A stretch of DNA of 64,000 nt from a virus. Positions 10,760 through 20,202 of the stretch are shown here, in pieces (the first letter of the stretch is position 1; each line of letters starts with the position of its first letter). A program made the position numbers and the translations under genes. The notes under the pieces were generated by a model that worked only from the letters and a program-made list of their open reading frames with translations, had not been told where the DNA came from and did no database searches. Location of the stretch: IMG/VR virus record IMGVR_UViG_3300031857_022279; one strand, 5' to 3'.

Positions 10760-12286
10760 ATGGCTACCTATTATTTTAGAAGTACTGGAACAAACTGGGG
10801 AACTGCTGGTGACTGGAGTGCTACACCGTCTCCAACTTATTCAGCTGGAGCTGTACCAACCACGGCTGATAATGCAGTTTTTGAAGCAGCTAGTGCTAAC
10901 TGTATAATCAATACTGGTGCTACACGCAACTGTGTGAATCTCACTTGTACAAGCTATGTCGGAACTCTTACCTTCAACACCAACTTAGCGGTCACTGGTA
11001 ACGTAGCACTTGGTTCGTCAGCTATGAGTATGACCGGATCTTCTACTCTTGCTCTTACGGTACCGGGTTCAACTTTGTCTCTATCGTCTGCAGGATGTAC
11101 TTGTTCGGTTCCGATGCAGATTTTAAAAGCCTCTGGTGCTTTAACCGTAACTTGGGGAAGCAATTGGACTCAATCAGGATCGTTTACAATGACTGGAACA
11201 TCATGGATTTGGAATGGTAACACAGTTACTTTTAAAAATTCTGTTGCTTGGAATGTCTCAAATCTTTCTGGTACTACTGCTATTATTCTCGCTCCTGACA
11301 TTTCAACGACTATGAACATAACAAGTACTGGAAGTCCTGTATGGGGATTATCCTCAGTAACAATAAACGGTGCGGGTACAGTAAATTTAACAGTATCTTT
11401 CTTTTTTTCCGGCACATTTACTTGGACCGCTGGATCTGTTACTCACACCGGTACTATTACTTTTAACCCTGGAACTAGTACTATGAATACTTCAGGAATG
11501 TCATTTCAAAACGGACAAAATAGTACCTCTGCTACAAGCGCTGTAGTTCTTACATCAGACCTTACATTCACAGGAGATTACGCATATAACAGATCTGCAA
11601 CTAGCTTCAACCCGGCTGGTCGAACCGTGTTTGTTGGTGGTAATTTGACGATTGGTGTTGGTGTAATTAATATCAACACAGTTCTCGGAGCAGCTACTAT
11701 AGTTATGAACGGAACTGGTACTATCAGCGGATCTGCTCCGAATGCAATGACCGTGCCTTTAACTATAAGCACATCTGGGACTATCACTTTTTCAGGAAAC
11801 ATTAACTGGTTGAGAACACTCACTTTTACTTCAGGTACTATAGTCTCGAATGCTACAATAACTTGTAACAGTGCTAGTACATTTACTCTGAATGCTCCTG
11901 GTTTCTCTTTTGCAACTTTCAGCACGAGTGCTAACTCAACTTTCACTGGATCTGAAGGATGCACTTTTGTGACTTTCACATCACAGACTGCTGGAACAAC
12001 ACACACATTCCAGTCTACTGACACATACACAATTACTTCTGCTTTAAACTTGCTTGGTACAGCTGCCTCTGCACTTACTTTTAGATCAAGTTCTGCTGGA
12101 AGTTTGGCAACTGTCACGATACCATATGGGGCTAGTTTAGATGTGGGTCACGTTACTGCAACTGATATCAACTCTTCAAATGGAAGAACAATTTGGGTTT
12201 ATAAAGGAACTATAGGAGCTGGAACTCTTAACTGGCAACAATTACCAACAGTTCCGAAAACAGTTGGTGTAGCTTGGGTTAGATAA
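10760..12286 (+). CDS. Beta-solenoid protein, paralog B
   Basis: Starts TNWGTAGDWSATP...VPTTADNAVF; shares GSEGC...GASxDVG..ATDIxSS.G.TIW.Y.GT...NWQQLP..PKTV with paralog A. Confidence 0.7.
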   Translation: MATYYFRSTGTNWGTAGDWSATPSPTYSAGAVPTTADNAVFEAASANCIINTGATRNCVNLTCTSYVGTLTFNTNLAVTGNVALGSSAMSMTGSSTLALTVPGSTLSLSSAGCTCSVPMQILKASGALTVTWGSNWTQSGSFTMTGTSWIWNGNTVTFKNSVAWNVSNLSGTTAIILAPDISTTMNITSTGSPVWGLSSVTINGAGTVNLTVSFFFSGTFTWTAGSVTHTGTITFNPGTSTMNTSGMSFQNGQNSTSATSAVVLTSDLTFTGDYAYNRSATSFNPAGRTVFVGGNLTIGVGVININTVLGAATIVMNGTGTISGSAPNAMTVPLTISTSGTITFSGNINWLRTLTFTSGTIVSNATITCNSASTFTLNAPGFSFATFSTSANSTFTGSEGCTFVTFTSQTAGTTHTFQSTDTYTITSALNLLGTAASALTFRSSSAGSLATVTIPYGASLDVGHVTATDINSSNGRTIWVYKGTIGAGTLNWQQLPTVPKTVGVAWVR

Positions 12287-12291
12287 CTATC

Positions 12292-12792
12292 CTATTTTCT
12301 AGGACCAAAAAGATAAGAAACACTAAAAGTATATTGTGGGATTTTCCACTCCTTATCTTGAGTCGTAATTCTGTAATCAAAGCATAGTCTATCTAAATCT
12401 AGACCTACTCCTACTACTGGTGTTCCAAAAGTTGATTCAGATGTGTATGTTAGTGAGTTCAATCCCATATTATTTTGACCTTGAAAAATTAACCTTGAAC
12501 GAAGTTCACCACCGATATTCACTCTAACAGTTCTGAAAAAACGAGCACCAAAAACAAAAGGAATACGCATCTCAGTTAGTTTTCTGTTTCTAACATCCCA
12601 GAGTAAATTAACTTCTGGTTGAGCATAAATGAATTTATTTATTCTACGAACTGAGAATCCAATCTGAAATTCAGTAGAACTAAATCTTTCAGAATTACTA
12701 ATCCAACCAACATTAGGTCCATAATTAGAACGTGGTTGTGCAAATCCCACAGATGAAAAAACAATTAAAATTAAAATTAAAACTTTATTCAT
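12292..12792 (-). CDS. Outer-membrane beta-barrel protein (small OmpA/PorT-like family)
   Basis: Sec signal peptide ending VGFA|Q; alternating amphipathic strands (YGPNVGW, FQIGFSVR, YAQPEVNL, VRVNIGGE, VVGVGLDL); terminal beta-signal YTFSVSYLF. Confidence 0.7.
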   Translation of the reverse strand: MNKVLILILIVFSSVGFAQPRSNYGPNVGWISNSERFSSTEFQIGFSVRRINKFIYAQPEVNLLWDVRNRKLTEMRIPFVFGARFFRTVRVNIGGELRSRLIFQGQNNMGLNSLTYTSESTFGTPVVGVGLDLDRLCFDYRITTQDKEWKIPQYTFSVSYLFGPRK

Positions 12793-12867
12793 ATTGTAAA
12801 TATAAAAAATATTTTTTAAGAAATCAACTTTTATAAGACAAAAAAGAATATTTTATATATAATCCAT

Positions 12868-13215
12868 ATGATTTTTGAAATTTTTTGGGTAGTTTTTATA
12901 CTCTTTATCTGGTTTGAAACAGATGCATTTATACAATATTCAAAGTTATTTAGACTCACTAAAATAACTAAAATTGAATCATGGGAAAACTATAAGTTGA
13001 CAAATTCTCAAATAAGTTACCTAGACTATATACTTATTAAACATAAAGGATTTTTCTCTAAACTTATTTGTTGCCAACCTTGTTTAACTTTTTGGTTAAC
13101 TTTCATCGTTAAATTATTCTTTATCTCAGAGTTTGAATTTTTCGTTGCTACTTTTCCAATTACATACATCTTATCCTATGTAATATACAAATTAATTAAG
13201 AAATATGTCAACTAA
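12868..13215 (+). CDS. Small membrane protein with CxxC (DUF1360-like)
   Basis: Hydrophobic segments and CCQPCLTFW motif. Confidence 0.55.
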   Translation: MIFEIFWVVFILFIWFETDAFIQYSKLFRLTKITKIESWENYKLTNSQISYLDYILIKHKGFFSKLICCQPCLTFWLTFIVKLFFISEFEFFVATFPITYILSYVIYKLIKKYVN

Positions 13216-13498
13216 TGGTTATGGACTCGAGATTACTCGCAGTATTTTAATAAATACTCCTCAAGAATTTTATAGACTTCTAACTGATATTCAATATAGA
13301 ACACCACAATTTATCCCATTTATGGATAGAGTTGATATTTATACAAATGGTTGTACTTGTCAAGCCGAGAATAATTTTAAGCAAGTGGTTGCAGAATATA
13401 GAAAATTTATTAACTTCGATATGACTGAATTAAAAGAAAAGGCAAGATGCGCAACAATACAGTTTTATCTAGATGGTGAATTACTTTTCAGTCTGTAA
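13205..13498 (+). CDS. Hypothetical protein
   Basis: 97-aa ORF overlapping the previous stop; GCTC motif. Confidence 0.65.
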   Translation: MSTNGYGLEITRSILINTPQEFYRLLTDIQYRTPQFIPFMDRVDIYTNGCTCQAENNFKQVVAEYRKFINFDMTELKEKARCATIQFYLDGELLFSL

Positions 13499-14437
13499 TA
13501 TTTGTTCTAATTCTTTTAGAGTTTTTGCTTGAATTTTTTCTATTTGATAAATTAAATCCTCGCAGGAATTTCTCCAGTCTTCAATAAAAGTATCCAAAGA
13601 TGATATTACTGTTGATATAACCATATTTCTTATTTCAGGTTCTTTATATGACTTTTTCAAACCCCATACGTGTTTAATGTTCCAAGTAAGATACTGATTT
13701 TCAAGATTGAATCCGATTTTGGGTTCCCACTCACTACCAAGATGATCAGATGTTATATGAGGTAAATAAATATTCGGGATTAATTTACCAACCTTCATTT
13801 TTAAAGTATAAGCGATCGCTGATAATAATCTTTGTTCTATGAATATAGTATCAGCGGATAAATTAAATATTGGTTCATTTTTATTTAACTCAATTGTTCT
13901 TAGAACCCATTTATACCATTCATCAACTAAATGACTAGAATTTAAATATAAAAACGCACAATTAATTGGATTCATAGACCAGTCAATTAGTGAACTCTCA
14001 GTCGATTTAAGAAACGTTTCTGGATGTAAATAAGGATTTTTAAGATCATCGATTACATCTTCTTCATGATATCCAATAAATTGAAATTTATTATCAATGT
14101 TAATTGGTTCTTGAATCCAAAGATCTGTGTCTAATACTACAAATTCTTTATAACTTTCAGATATTTTTTTAATCGCGTGTATTTTACAAAAACTCCAATA
14201 TTTTTCTAAATGTTCAGAATAAGGTATATCTTGCAGACAATTTAGATTTATACTATCATATAATTTATCTATACCCCACAGTTTTAGTGATTCGAGATGG
14301 TTTTCGTTACAATATAAATGTATTGGTCCTTGATTTTTTTTCCAGAATTTTATAGACGCCACTTGGACCAATAAGTTTATTAGGTCAAACTTTGGAATAT
14401 CTCGCTCTTTTTGGTAATAAATATGAAAAGCGTTCAT
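13481..14437 (-). CDS. Putative GT-A fold glycosyltransferase (DUF6734-like)
   Basis: SIKFWKK...IHLYCN, WSFCKIHAI, VVLDTDL (DxD), NCAFLY, IFIEQRLL. Confidence 0.6.
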   Translation of the reverse strand: MNAFHIYYQKERDIPKFDLINLLVQVASIKFWKKNQGPIHLYCNENHLESLKLWGIDKLYDSINLNCLQDIPYSEHLEKYWSFCKIHAIKKISESYKEFVVLDTDLWIQEPINIDNKFQFIGYHEEDVIDDLKNPYLHPETFLKSTESSLIDWSMNPINCAFLYLNSSHLVDEWYKWVLRTIELNKNEPIFNLSADTIFIEQRLLSAIAYTLKMKVGKLIPNIYLPHITSDHLGSEWEPKIGFNLENQYLTWNIKHVWGLKKSYKEPEIRNMVISTVISSLDTFIEDWRNSCEDLIYQIEKIQAKTLKELEQILQTEK

Positions 14438-14473
14438 ATAAAACTTATATAAAAAAAATTAATATCAGTTTAT

Positions 14474-15184
14474 ATGGATATTAATAAGTATTTTGATAAA
14501 ATATATTTACTCAATCTTCACAGAAGAAAAGATAGACTAAATAAATCGTTAGAGAAATTACAACAATTTGATATTGAAGTTGAAGTTTTTGGAGCAGCCG
14601 ATGGGTCTGTATTAAATCATCTTTTTAAGAAATTAGATAACCCACGTTTTTTAAACACTGGATACTTAGGGTCAACAATTTCTCACCTCTCAATTTATAG
14701 AGATGCTCTTTCAAATGGATATGAAAGGATTTTAATATTAGAAGATGATAATTTAATTAATAAAAACATTCATCAGATATTCGAATCACAAGAAATACCT
14801 GAGTGGGAAGATTTATTCTATCTTGGATACATCCCATTAAGTGATGACCTTGTAATGTGGACTTATGGTATTACCATGTTAAAAGACCAAATGTTAACTG
14901 ATAAAATTTTCAAGTGTCATAATCTCTGGGGTCTATATGCCTATGGAATAACATCAAAAGTTATGAGAGAAATGATAGATGTTTATAACAGTGAATTTCC
15001 GATGGAGATCGATAGATATTTTGTAAACTCTATTCAAAAAAGAAATGGTTCTATTGCGATAGGTCCTCAACTTTTTTGTTGCGATTATGATAATTTTAGT
15101 GACAATCAAGGATTTGCACCAGACAATCACATTACAATCAAGTCAATCGATAGTAGATTTGCAAGCATTCAAGATTATATTTAA
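14474..15184 (+). CDS. Glycosyltransferase family 25
   Basis: FDKIYLLNLHRRKDR, FGAADG, GSTISHLSIY, ILILEDD, YAYGIT, EID: the typical GT25 motif order. Confidence 0.85.
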   Translation: MDINKYFDKIYLLNLHRRKDRLNKSLEKLQQFDIEVEVFGAADGSVLNHLFKKLDNPRFLNTGYLGSTISHLSIYRDALSNGYERILILEDDNLINKNIHQIFESQEIPEWEDLFYLGYIPLSDDLVMWTYGITMLKDQMLTDKIFKCHNLWGLYAYGITSKVMREMIDVYNSEFPMEIDRYFVNSIQKRNGSIAIGPQLFCCDYDNFSDNQGFAPDNHITIKSIDSRFASIQDYI

Positions 15185-15585
15185 TCAAGTAGATTTTTAA
15201 GATTCGCACTTCTGTTCACTTGAGAATTACCTCCAAGATATTTCAAAATATTTGAAGGCGGGAATTTAAATTGACGACCATCAACTTTTCTTCTGCCTAT
15301 AATTGGATACTTACGATTCTTAGTCATGAAACTTTCAACCACAAAAACACCATTAGAACAGGTAAATTCCATTCCAATAATGTTTTGTGTAAAACCATAT
15401 CGTTTAGAAAGTGCTAAATTAGCCTTATCATCAACTACCGTGTCTTTTGTAGATATTGACATTTTCATTTGTGATGTTGAAAATGATATATTTGAGACTT
15501 GAAATTCGATACCTTCTTCCTCTTGTATTTTAAGAAGTGCTGACTTAATCTTTTCTGACAAGTAAATTGCTTTTTCTCTGTTCAT
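15181..15585 (-). CDS. Hypothetical protein
   Basis: 134-aa ORF with KNRKYPII segment; ends NRSANLKNLLD. Confidence 0.75.
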   Translation of the reverse strand: MNREKAIYLSEKIKSALLKIQEEEGIEFQVSNISFSTSQMKMSISTKDTVVDDKANLALSKRYGFTQNIIGMEFTCSNGVFVVESFMTKNRKYPIIGRRKVDGRQFKFPPSNILKYLGGNSQVNRSANLKNLLD

Positions 15586-15586
15586 A

Positions 15587-16009
15587 TTATTTTGTGTAGA
15601 TTAATTGACCGTTAAAAAACCCATAAGCATCATCCATTTTTGAAATTCTCTTTTCAATTCTAAACATATAGTTAATAAAAAGCTGCCGGATGTTTTTATT
15701 ACCACTTGTGTTGTCTGAGTGTACGAACCAATCAGGTAAGATCTTATTATTATCAATACAATAATTTACTAACCAATCTGCTGCATCTTTACCAGTCAGT
15801 TCATTTCCAGAAACATCCCAAGAGTCAATATCGTGATCAAAAGAAATAAATTGTATTTTATCAAAATTATTTTTAACGACACTAATAAAATCTTGATAGT
15901 TTCTAACTATTGTCCAGTTTTTAGAATTTCCAAATTCTTTTCCTAAACCACGATCAGAGTTGTGAACAACTCGTGGTGAAATTCTAATATCATCTAAGAA
16001 TATTAACAT
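15587..16009 (-). CDS. Cyclic-phosphate-processing receiver-like (cREC) domain protein
   Basis: IFLDDIR, WTIVRNYQDF, ISFDHDI, TGKDAADWL, VHSDNTSG. Confidence 0.75.
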   Translation of the reverse strand: MLIFLDDIRISPRVVHNSDRGLGKEFGNSKNWTIVRNYQDFISVVKNNFDKIQFISFDHDIDSWDVSGNELTGKDAADWLVNYCIDNNKILPDWFVHSDNTSGNKNIRQLFINYMFRIEKRISKMDDAYGFFNGQLIYTK

Positions 16010-16014
16010 AATTA

Positions 16015-16022
16015 CAAATATA
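16015..16022 (-). promoter_or_regulatory. Bacteroidota-type -7 promoter element TATATTTG
   Basis: Matches TAnnTTTG; 5 nt upstream of the cREC ATG. Confidence 0.55.
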
Positions 16023-16067
16023 AGGTATGAATCTAAACTATAGAAATTATTTTTAATATAATTTTTG

Positions 16068-16427
16068 ATGATTTTTATATCCCCTAAAATTAAAGTAGAA
16101 AAATCTCCTATTCATGGATATGGAGTTTTCGCAAAAGAGTTTATCCCATCTGGTGAAATTCTCGAAACTTGTCATTTCTGGATACTTGAAGAAAAAGATT
16201 TTCAGAAACTAGACAAAACTATTCAACAAATATCATTTGCCTATCCAATTTTCACAAGTGACTCACACGCTATTGTACTTGGATGGGGTAGTATTTATAA
16301 CCACAGCACAGAAAACAATGCAGCTTGGGCAACTGATACAGAAAACCAATTGTTTAAATTTTTCACTGTAAAAGATATTAATCCAGGTGAAGAAATTCTC
16401 ACTAATTATCTTAAAACCACAATTTAA
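16068..16427 (+). CDS. SET-domain protein-lysine methyltransferase
   Basis: SPIHGYGVFAKEFIPSGE, GSIYNHS...N, KDINPGEEILTNY. ATG at 16068 chosen over the track's TTG at 16065. Confidence 0.88.
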   Translation: MIFISPKIKVEKSPIHGYGVFAKEFIPSGEILETCHFWILEEKDFQKLDKTIQQISFAYPIFTSDSHAIVLGWGSIYNHSTENNAAWATDTENQLFKFFTVKDINPGEEILTNYLKTTI

Positions 16428-16430
16428 AAA

Positions 16431-16673
16431 ATGAGTAATCAAACAACAAATACTGGAATAAGTGTTTATACTACAATATTTTTAATATTTTTAGTATTGA
16501 AACTAACTGGAAATATAAGCTGGTCTTGGTGGTGGGTTACTTCTCCACTTTGGATTCCACTACTTCTAGTACTTTCTATAATGGCATTGATTTTTATTTT
16601 TGGACTAGTATACATTGCCACAACAGGCAAAAATATCGATCAGTTAATCAAAAAAATTCAAAAAAAAGATTAA
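16431..16673 (+). CDS. Small two-helix membrane protein
   Basis: LVLKLTGNISWSWWWVTSPLWIP, a motif common in small phage membrane proteins. Confidence 0.75.
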   Translation: MSNQTTNTGISVYTTIFLIFLVLKLTGNISWSWWWVTSPLWIPLLLVLSIMALIFIFGLVYIATTGKNIDQLIKKIQKKD

Positions 16674-16747
16674 ACTTTTTAAAACCTAAGCTGATTCACG
16701 AATATAACTATTAATGAAGAAATTCATAGAAAAAACAAGTTAAATAA

Positions 16748-17023
16748 ATGAACAAAGCAGATTTAGTAAATGAAATCTCTTCTAAGACAGGTTTAACAAA
16801 GACCAAATCAAATGAAGTTATTGATTCAATTGTTTCATCAATCCAATCAGCTCTTGCTGGTGGTGACAAAGTTACTCTTGTTGGATTTGGTACTTTTGAC
16901 ACTATAACTCGTCAGAGCCGTAGAGGTCGTAATCCTAAAACAGGAGCTGAATTAACAATTCCTGAGAAGAAGGTTGCTCGTTTCAAGGCTGGTAGTGGTC
17001 TATCTAATGTTGTAAATTCATAA
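16748..17023 (+). CDS. hup: HU family DNA-binding protein
   Basis: MNKADLVNEIS...GDKVTLVGFGTF...GRNPKTGAELTIP...FKAG. Confidence 0.96.
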   Translation: MNKADLVNEISSKTGLTKTKSNEVIDSIVSSIQSALAGGDKVTLVGFGTFDTITRQSRRGRNPKTGAELTIPEKKVARFKAGSGLSNVVNS

Positions 17024-17046
17024 TTTAGAATTAGATAATATACCTT

Positions 17047-17086
17047 TAACCCTCGACAATTAATTTTGATCGAGGGTTATTTTTTT
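17047..17086 (+). terminator. Intrinsic terminator after hup
   Basis: TAACCCTCGA / TCGAGGGTTA stem followed by T7. Confidence 0.8.
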
Positions 17087-17109
17087 ATATATTTACAAAA
17101 AATAAAATT

Positions 17110-17313
17110 ATGAAAAAAGTACTTTTCTTAACTTCACTGATAATTTCAATTACATCTTGTGATTACAATGAAGGTGTACCTGTAATTGTTAATAAGCAAC
17201 AATCATTTATTCCAGGTAAATGTCTCTATACTTATGAAGGATTTGGTCGAGAAGAAACCTTTGATGACGATTGTAATAAATATCAAGTTGGAGATACTCT
17301 TAGAGGTCAGTAA
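17110..17313 (+). CDS. Small putative lipoprotein
   Basis: MKK, hydrophobic core, then an ITS-C lipobox. Confidence 0.6.
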   Translation: MKKVLFLTSLIISITSCDYNEGVPVIVNKQQSFIPGKCLYTYEGFGREETFDDDCNKYQVGDTLRGQ

Positions 17314-17845
17314 AATTGTCCTTTGAGTCTAAAAATTTTAAATCACTAGGTGTGACTTTTATTCCGTCAAAGTGATTAAAAAACCGACAAAGATCCTCAA
17401 GACTTTCTCTTGTGAGAGCAAATACTGTATTACTTGGATCCATTTTTGAATGATACGAAGTATATTGATAAGGCTCTACAATATTAGGTGATTTTATATT
17501 AAACCCTGAAGCTATAAAATTACCAAGTGTGATCTCGACATTTAAGTGAAAGTCTTTTTCTTCAGCATTATGAATCGGTCCTAAATCAATTTCAAGTGTA
17601 TCTGGAATACCGTCTATATCAAAATCGCGGTCATATGTAATTTGATAAACAGCATCTGACATAATATTTCCAAGTTTGTATCTACAAGAAATATTTGTTG
17701 ACATGCCAGTTTTTGGATCTATCAACATTCCGTTAATATCTGTGATATCACCACTTATAATTGTAAGATATTTAGGAGTGATATTTCTTATATCATATTC
17801 GAAAATATCAGTTAGTGCTTCATTGAATCTTCTTATTTTGACCAT
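17300..17845 (-). CDS. Hypothetical protein with CTS-like N-terminus (candidate internal head protein)
   Basis: Starts MVKIRRFNEA; TAATATATA 4 nt upstream. Confidence 0.7.
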   Translation of the reverse strand: MVKIRRFNEALTDIFEYDIRNITPKYLTIISGDITDINGMLIDPKTGMSTNISCRYKLGNIMSDAVYQITYDRDFDIDGIPDTLEIDLGPIHNAEEKDFHLNVEITLGNFIASGFNIKSPNIVEPYQYTSYHSKMDPSNTVFALTRESLEDLCRFFNHFDGIKVTPSDLKFLDSKDNFTDL

Positions 17846-17849
17846 AAGG

Positions 17850-17858
17850 TATATATTA
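17850..17858 (-). promoter_or_regulatory. TAATATATA motif (putative late promoter)
   Basis: Exact match 4 nt upstream of ATG 17845. Confidence 0.6.
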
Positions 17859-18002
17859 TAGTCTAGTTCTTAAATCTCTAACAACTCTCAGGCAAAAGTC
17901 ACAGATTATCACTGGTCCGTCTTTAGTCATTATAGATTTTCTGTCACAATTTGCTTGGCAATCTTTTTTACCAAATTCTGCGTATTTATTTAAATTTTCC
18001 AT
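17856..18002 (-). CDS. 48-aa Cys-rich protein, not in the ORF track
   Basis: Hand translation: MENLNKYAEFGKKDCQANCDRKSIMTKDGPVIICDFCLRVVRDLRTRL*, with C-x3-C...C-x2-C. Confidence 0.55.
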   Translation of the reverse strand: MENLNKYAEFGKKDCQANCDRKSIMTKDGPVIICDFCLRVVRDLRTRL

Positions 18003-18025
18003 ATATTTACAAATAATTAAAAGAG

Positions 18026-18193
18026 GTGAAAAAACTTATATCATTTATAGAAATACTTGTAATTTTAGCATTTGTCGTTTATACCTTCTACACAAATGAT
18101 AAACCAACTGATAAAGTATTTTTCTTTTTACTTGAATTAAGTGCTGTTTCAATTTGGCACCTTTATGACAAGTACAAACATCCTGAGAATTAG
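18026..18193 (+). CDS. 55-aa putative membrane protein, not in the ORF track
   Basis: GTG start; VKKLISFIEILVILAFVVYTFY...FFFLLELSAVSIWHLY...*; fills an otherwise empty gap. Confidence 0.4.
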   Translation: MKKLISFIEILVILAFVVYTFYTNDKPTDKVFFFLLELSAVSIWHLYDKYKHPEN

Positions 18194-18194
18194 A

Positions 18195-18560
18195 TCACTC
18201 ACACACCTTTCTAAAAGGTTCGTCATCTTGTAGATCAGGATTCATAGTATCAATCGGAATTTTATTTTTAGGTTGCTCAGACGATCTTTGGAGAAAAGTT
18301 GCTACAAATACTTCATCGACTTTTTTAGTCACAAAATTCGGACTTTGTTTTTTGATAAGCTTTTGAAAATCTTTGCTCAAAAGTGTGGTTGTGATCATGT
18401 TTGTTGTAATCCAGTAGTCTACACTTTTGTCAAATACTTTATAATCCTCAATTAGATAGTCGTGAATAAGATATTCTAATTTTGATTTTGTATTACTATT
18501 ATCATTAAGTAATACTTTAATAATAGCATTAAGCTTTTCTATGTTCGGAAAATAATTCAT
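18195..18560 (-). CDS. Hypothetical protein
   Basis: 121-aa ORF directly downstream of purA on the same strand. Confidence 0.65.
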   Translation of the reverse strand: MNYFPNIEKLNAIIKVLLNDNSNTKSKLEYLIHDYLIEDYKVFDKSVDYWITTNMITTTLLSKDFQKLIKKQSPNFVTKKVDEVFVATFLQRSSEQPKNKIPIDTMNPDLQDDEPFRKVCE

Positions 18561-18566
18561 CTTTTT

Positions 18567-19811
<1,245 letters not shown>

Positions 19812-19863
19812 TTAACTTATATTTTAGATTAATTTTAGGTAAAAGTTTGTAGAAAATGGTTGT

Positions 19864-20190
19864 TTAAATAGAGAAACTTTCACCACAACCACAAACTTTT
19901 GAGGCCTGTGGATTCTTCCATTCAAATCCTTTACCATTTAGACCATCTGAGTAGTCTAATTCTGTTCCTATTAGGTACAGAAGAGATTTTTTATTTGTGA
20001 TTATTTTGATATCGAATTGTTCAAAGACTTGCTCGTCTTCGAAATGTTCATTTGAGAAATCCATATTGTATTTTAAGCCTGAGCAGCCACCTCCGACTAT
20101 TTCAACTTTAAGAAAATAATCATCAGAATGACCAGCATCATTCATTAGTTCTTTTACTTTCTGATACGCTTTTTCAGATAGTGTTATCAT
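19864..20190 (-). CDS. iscA: Fe-S cluster assembly accessory protein (IscA/HesB)
   Basis: GGGCSGLKY, GTELDY, FEWKNP, CGCGESF. ATG at 20190 preferred over TTG at 20199. Confidence 0.93.
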   Translation of the reverse strand: MITLSEKAYQKVKELMNDAGHSDDYFLKVEIVGGGCSGLKYNMDFSNEHFEDEQVFEQFDIKIITNKKSLLYLIGTELDYSDGLNGKGFEWKNPQASKVCGCGESFSI

Positions 20191-20202
20191 ACAATTCAAA
20201 AA

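Noticed and set aside
98-12117. Many short alternative-frame and antisense ORFs over the fibre genes
   Set aside because: They are shadows of low-complexity Gly-X-Y and Thr/Gly coding and lie wholly within long real ORFs. The same applies to the small nested ORFs elsewhere in the track.
1-16427. Eukaryotic or giant-virus (NCLDV) origin suggested by collagen, C1q and SET
   Set aside because: T4-like baseplate, UvsW and primase genes, HU, intrinsic terminators and a T9SS CTD point to a bacteriophage.
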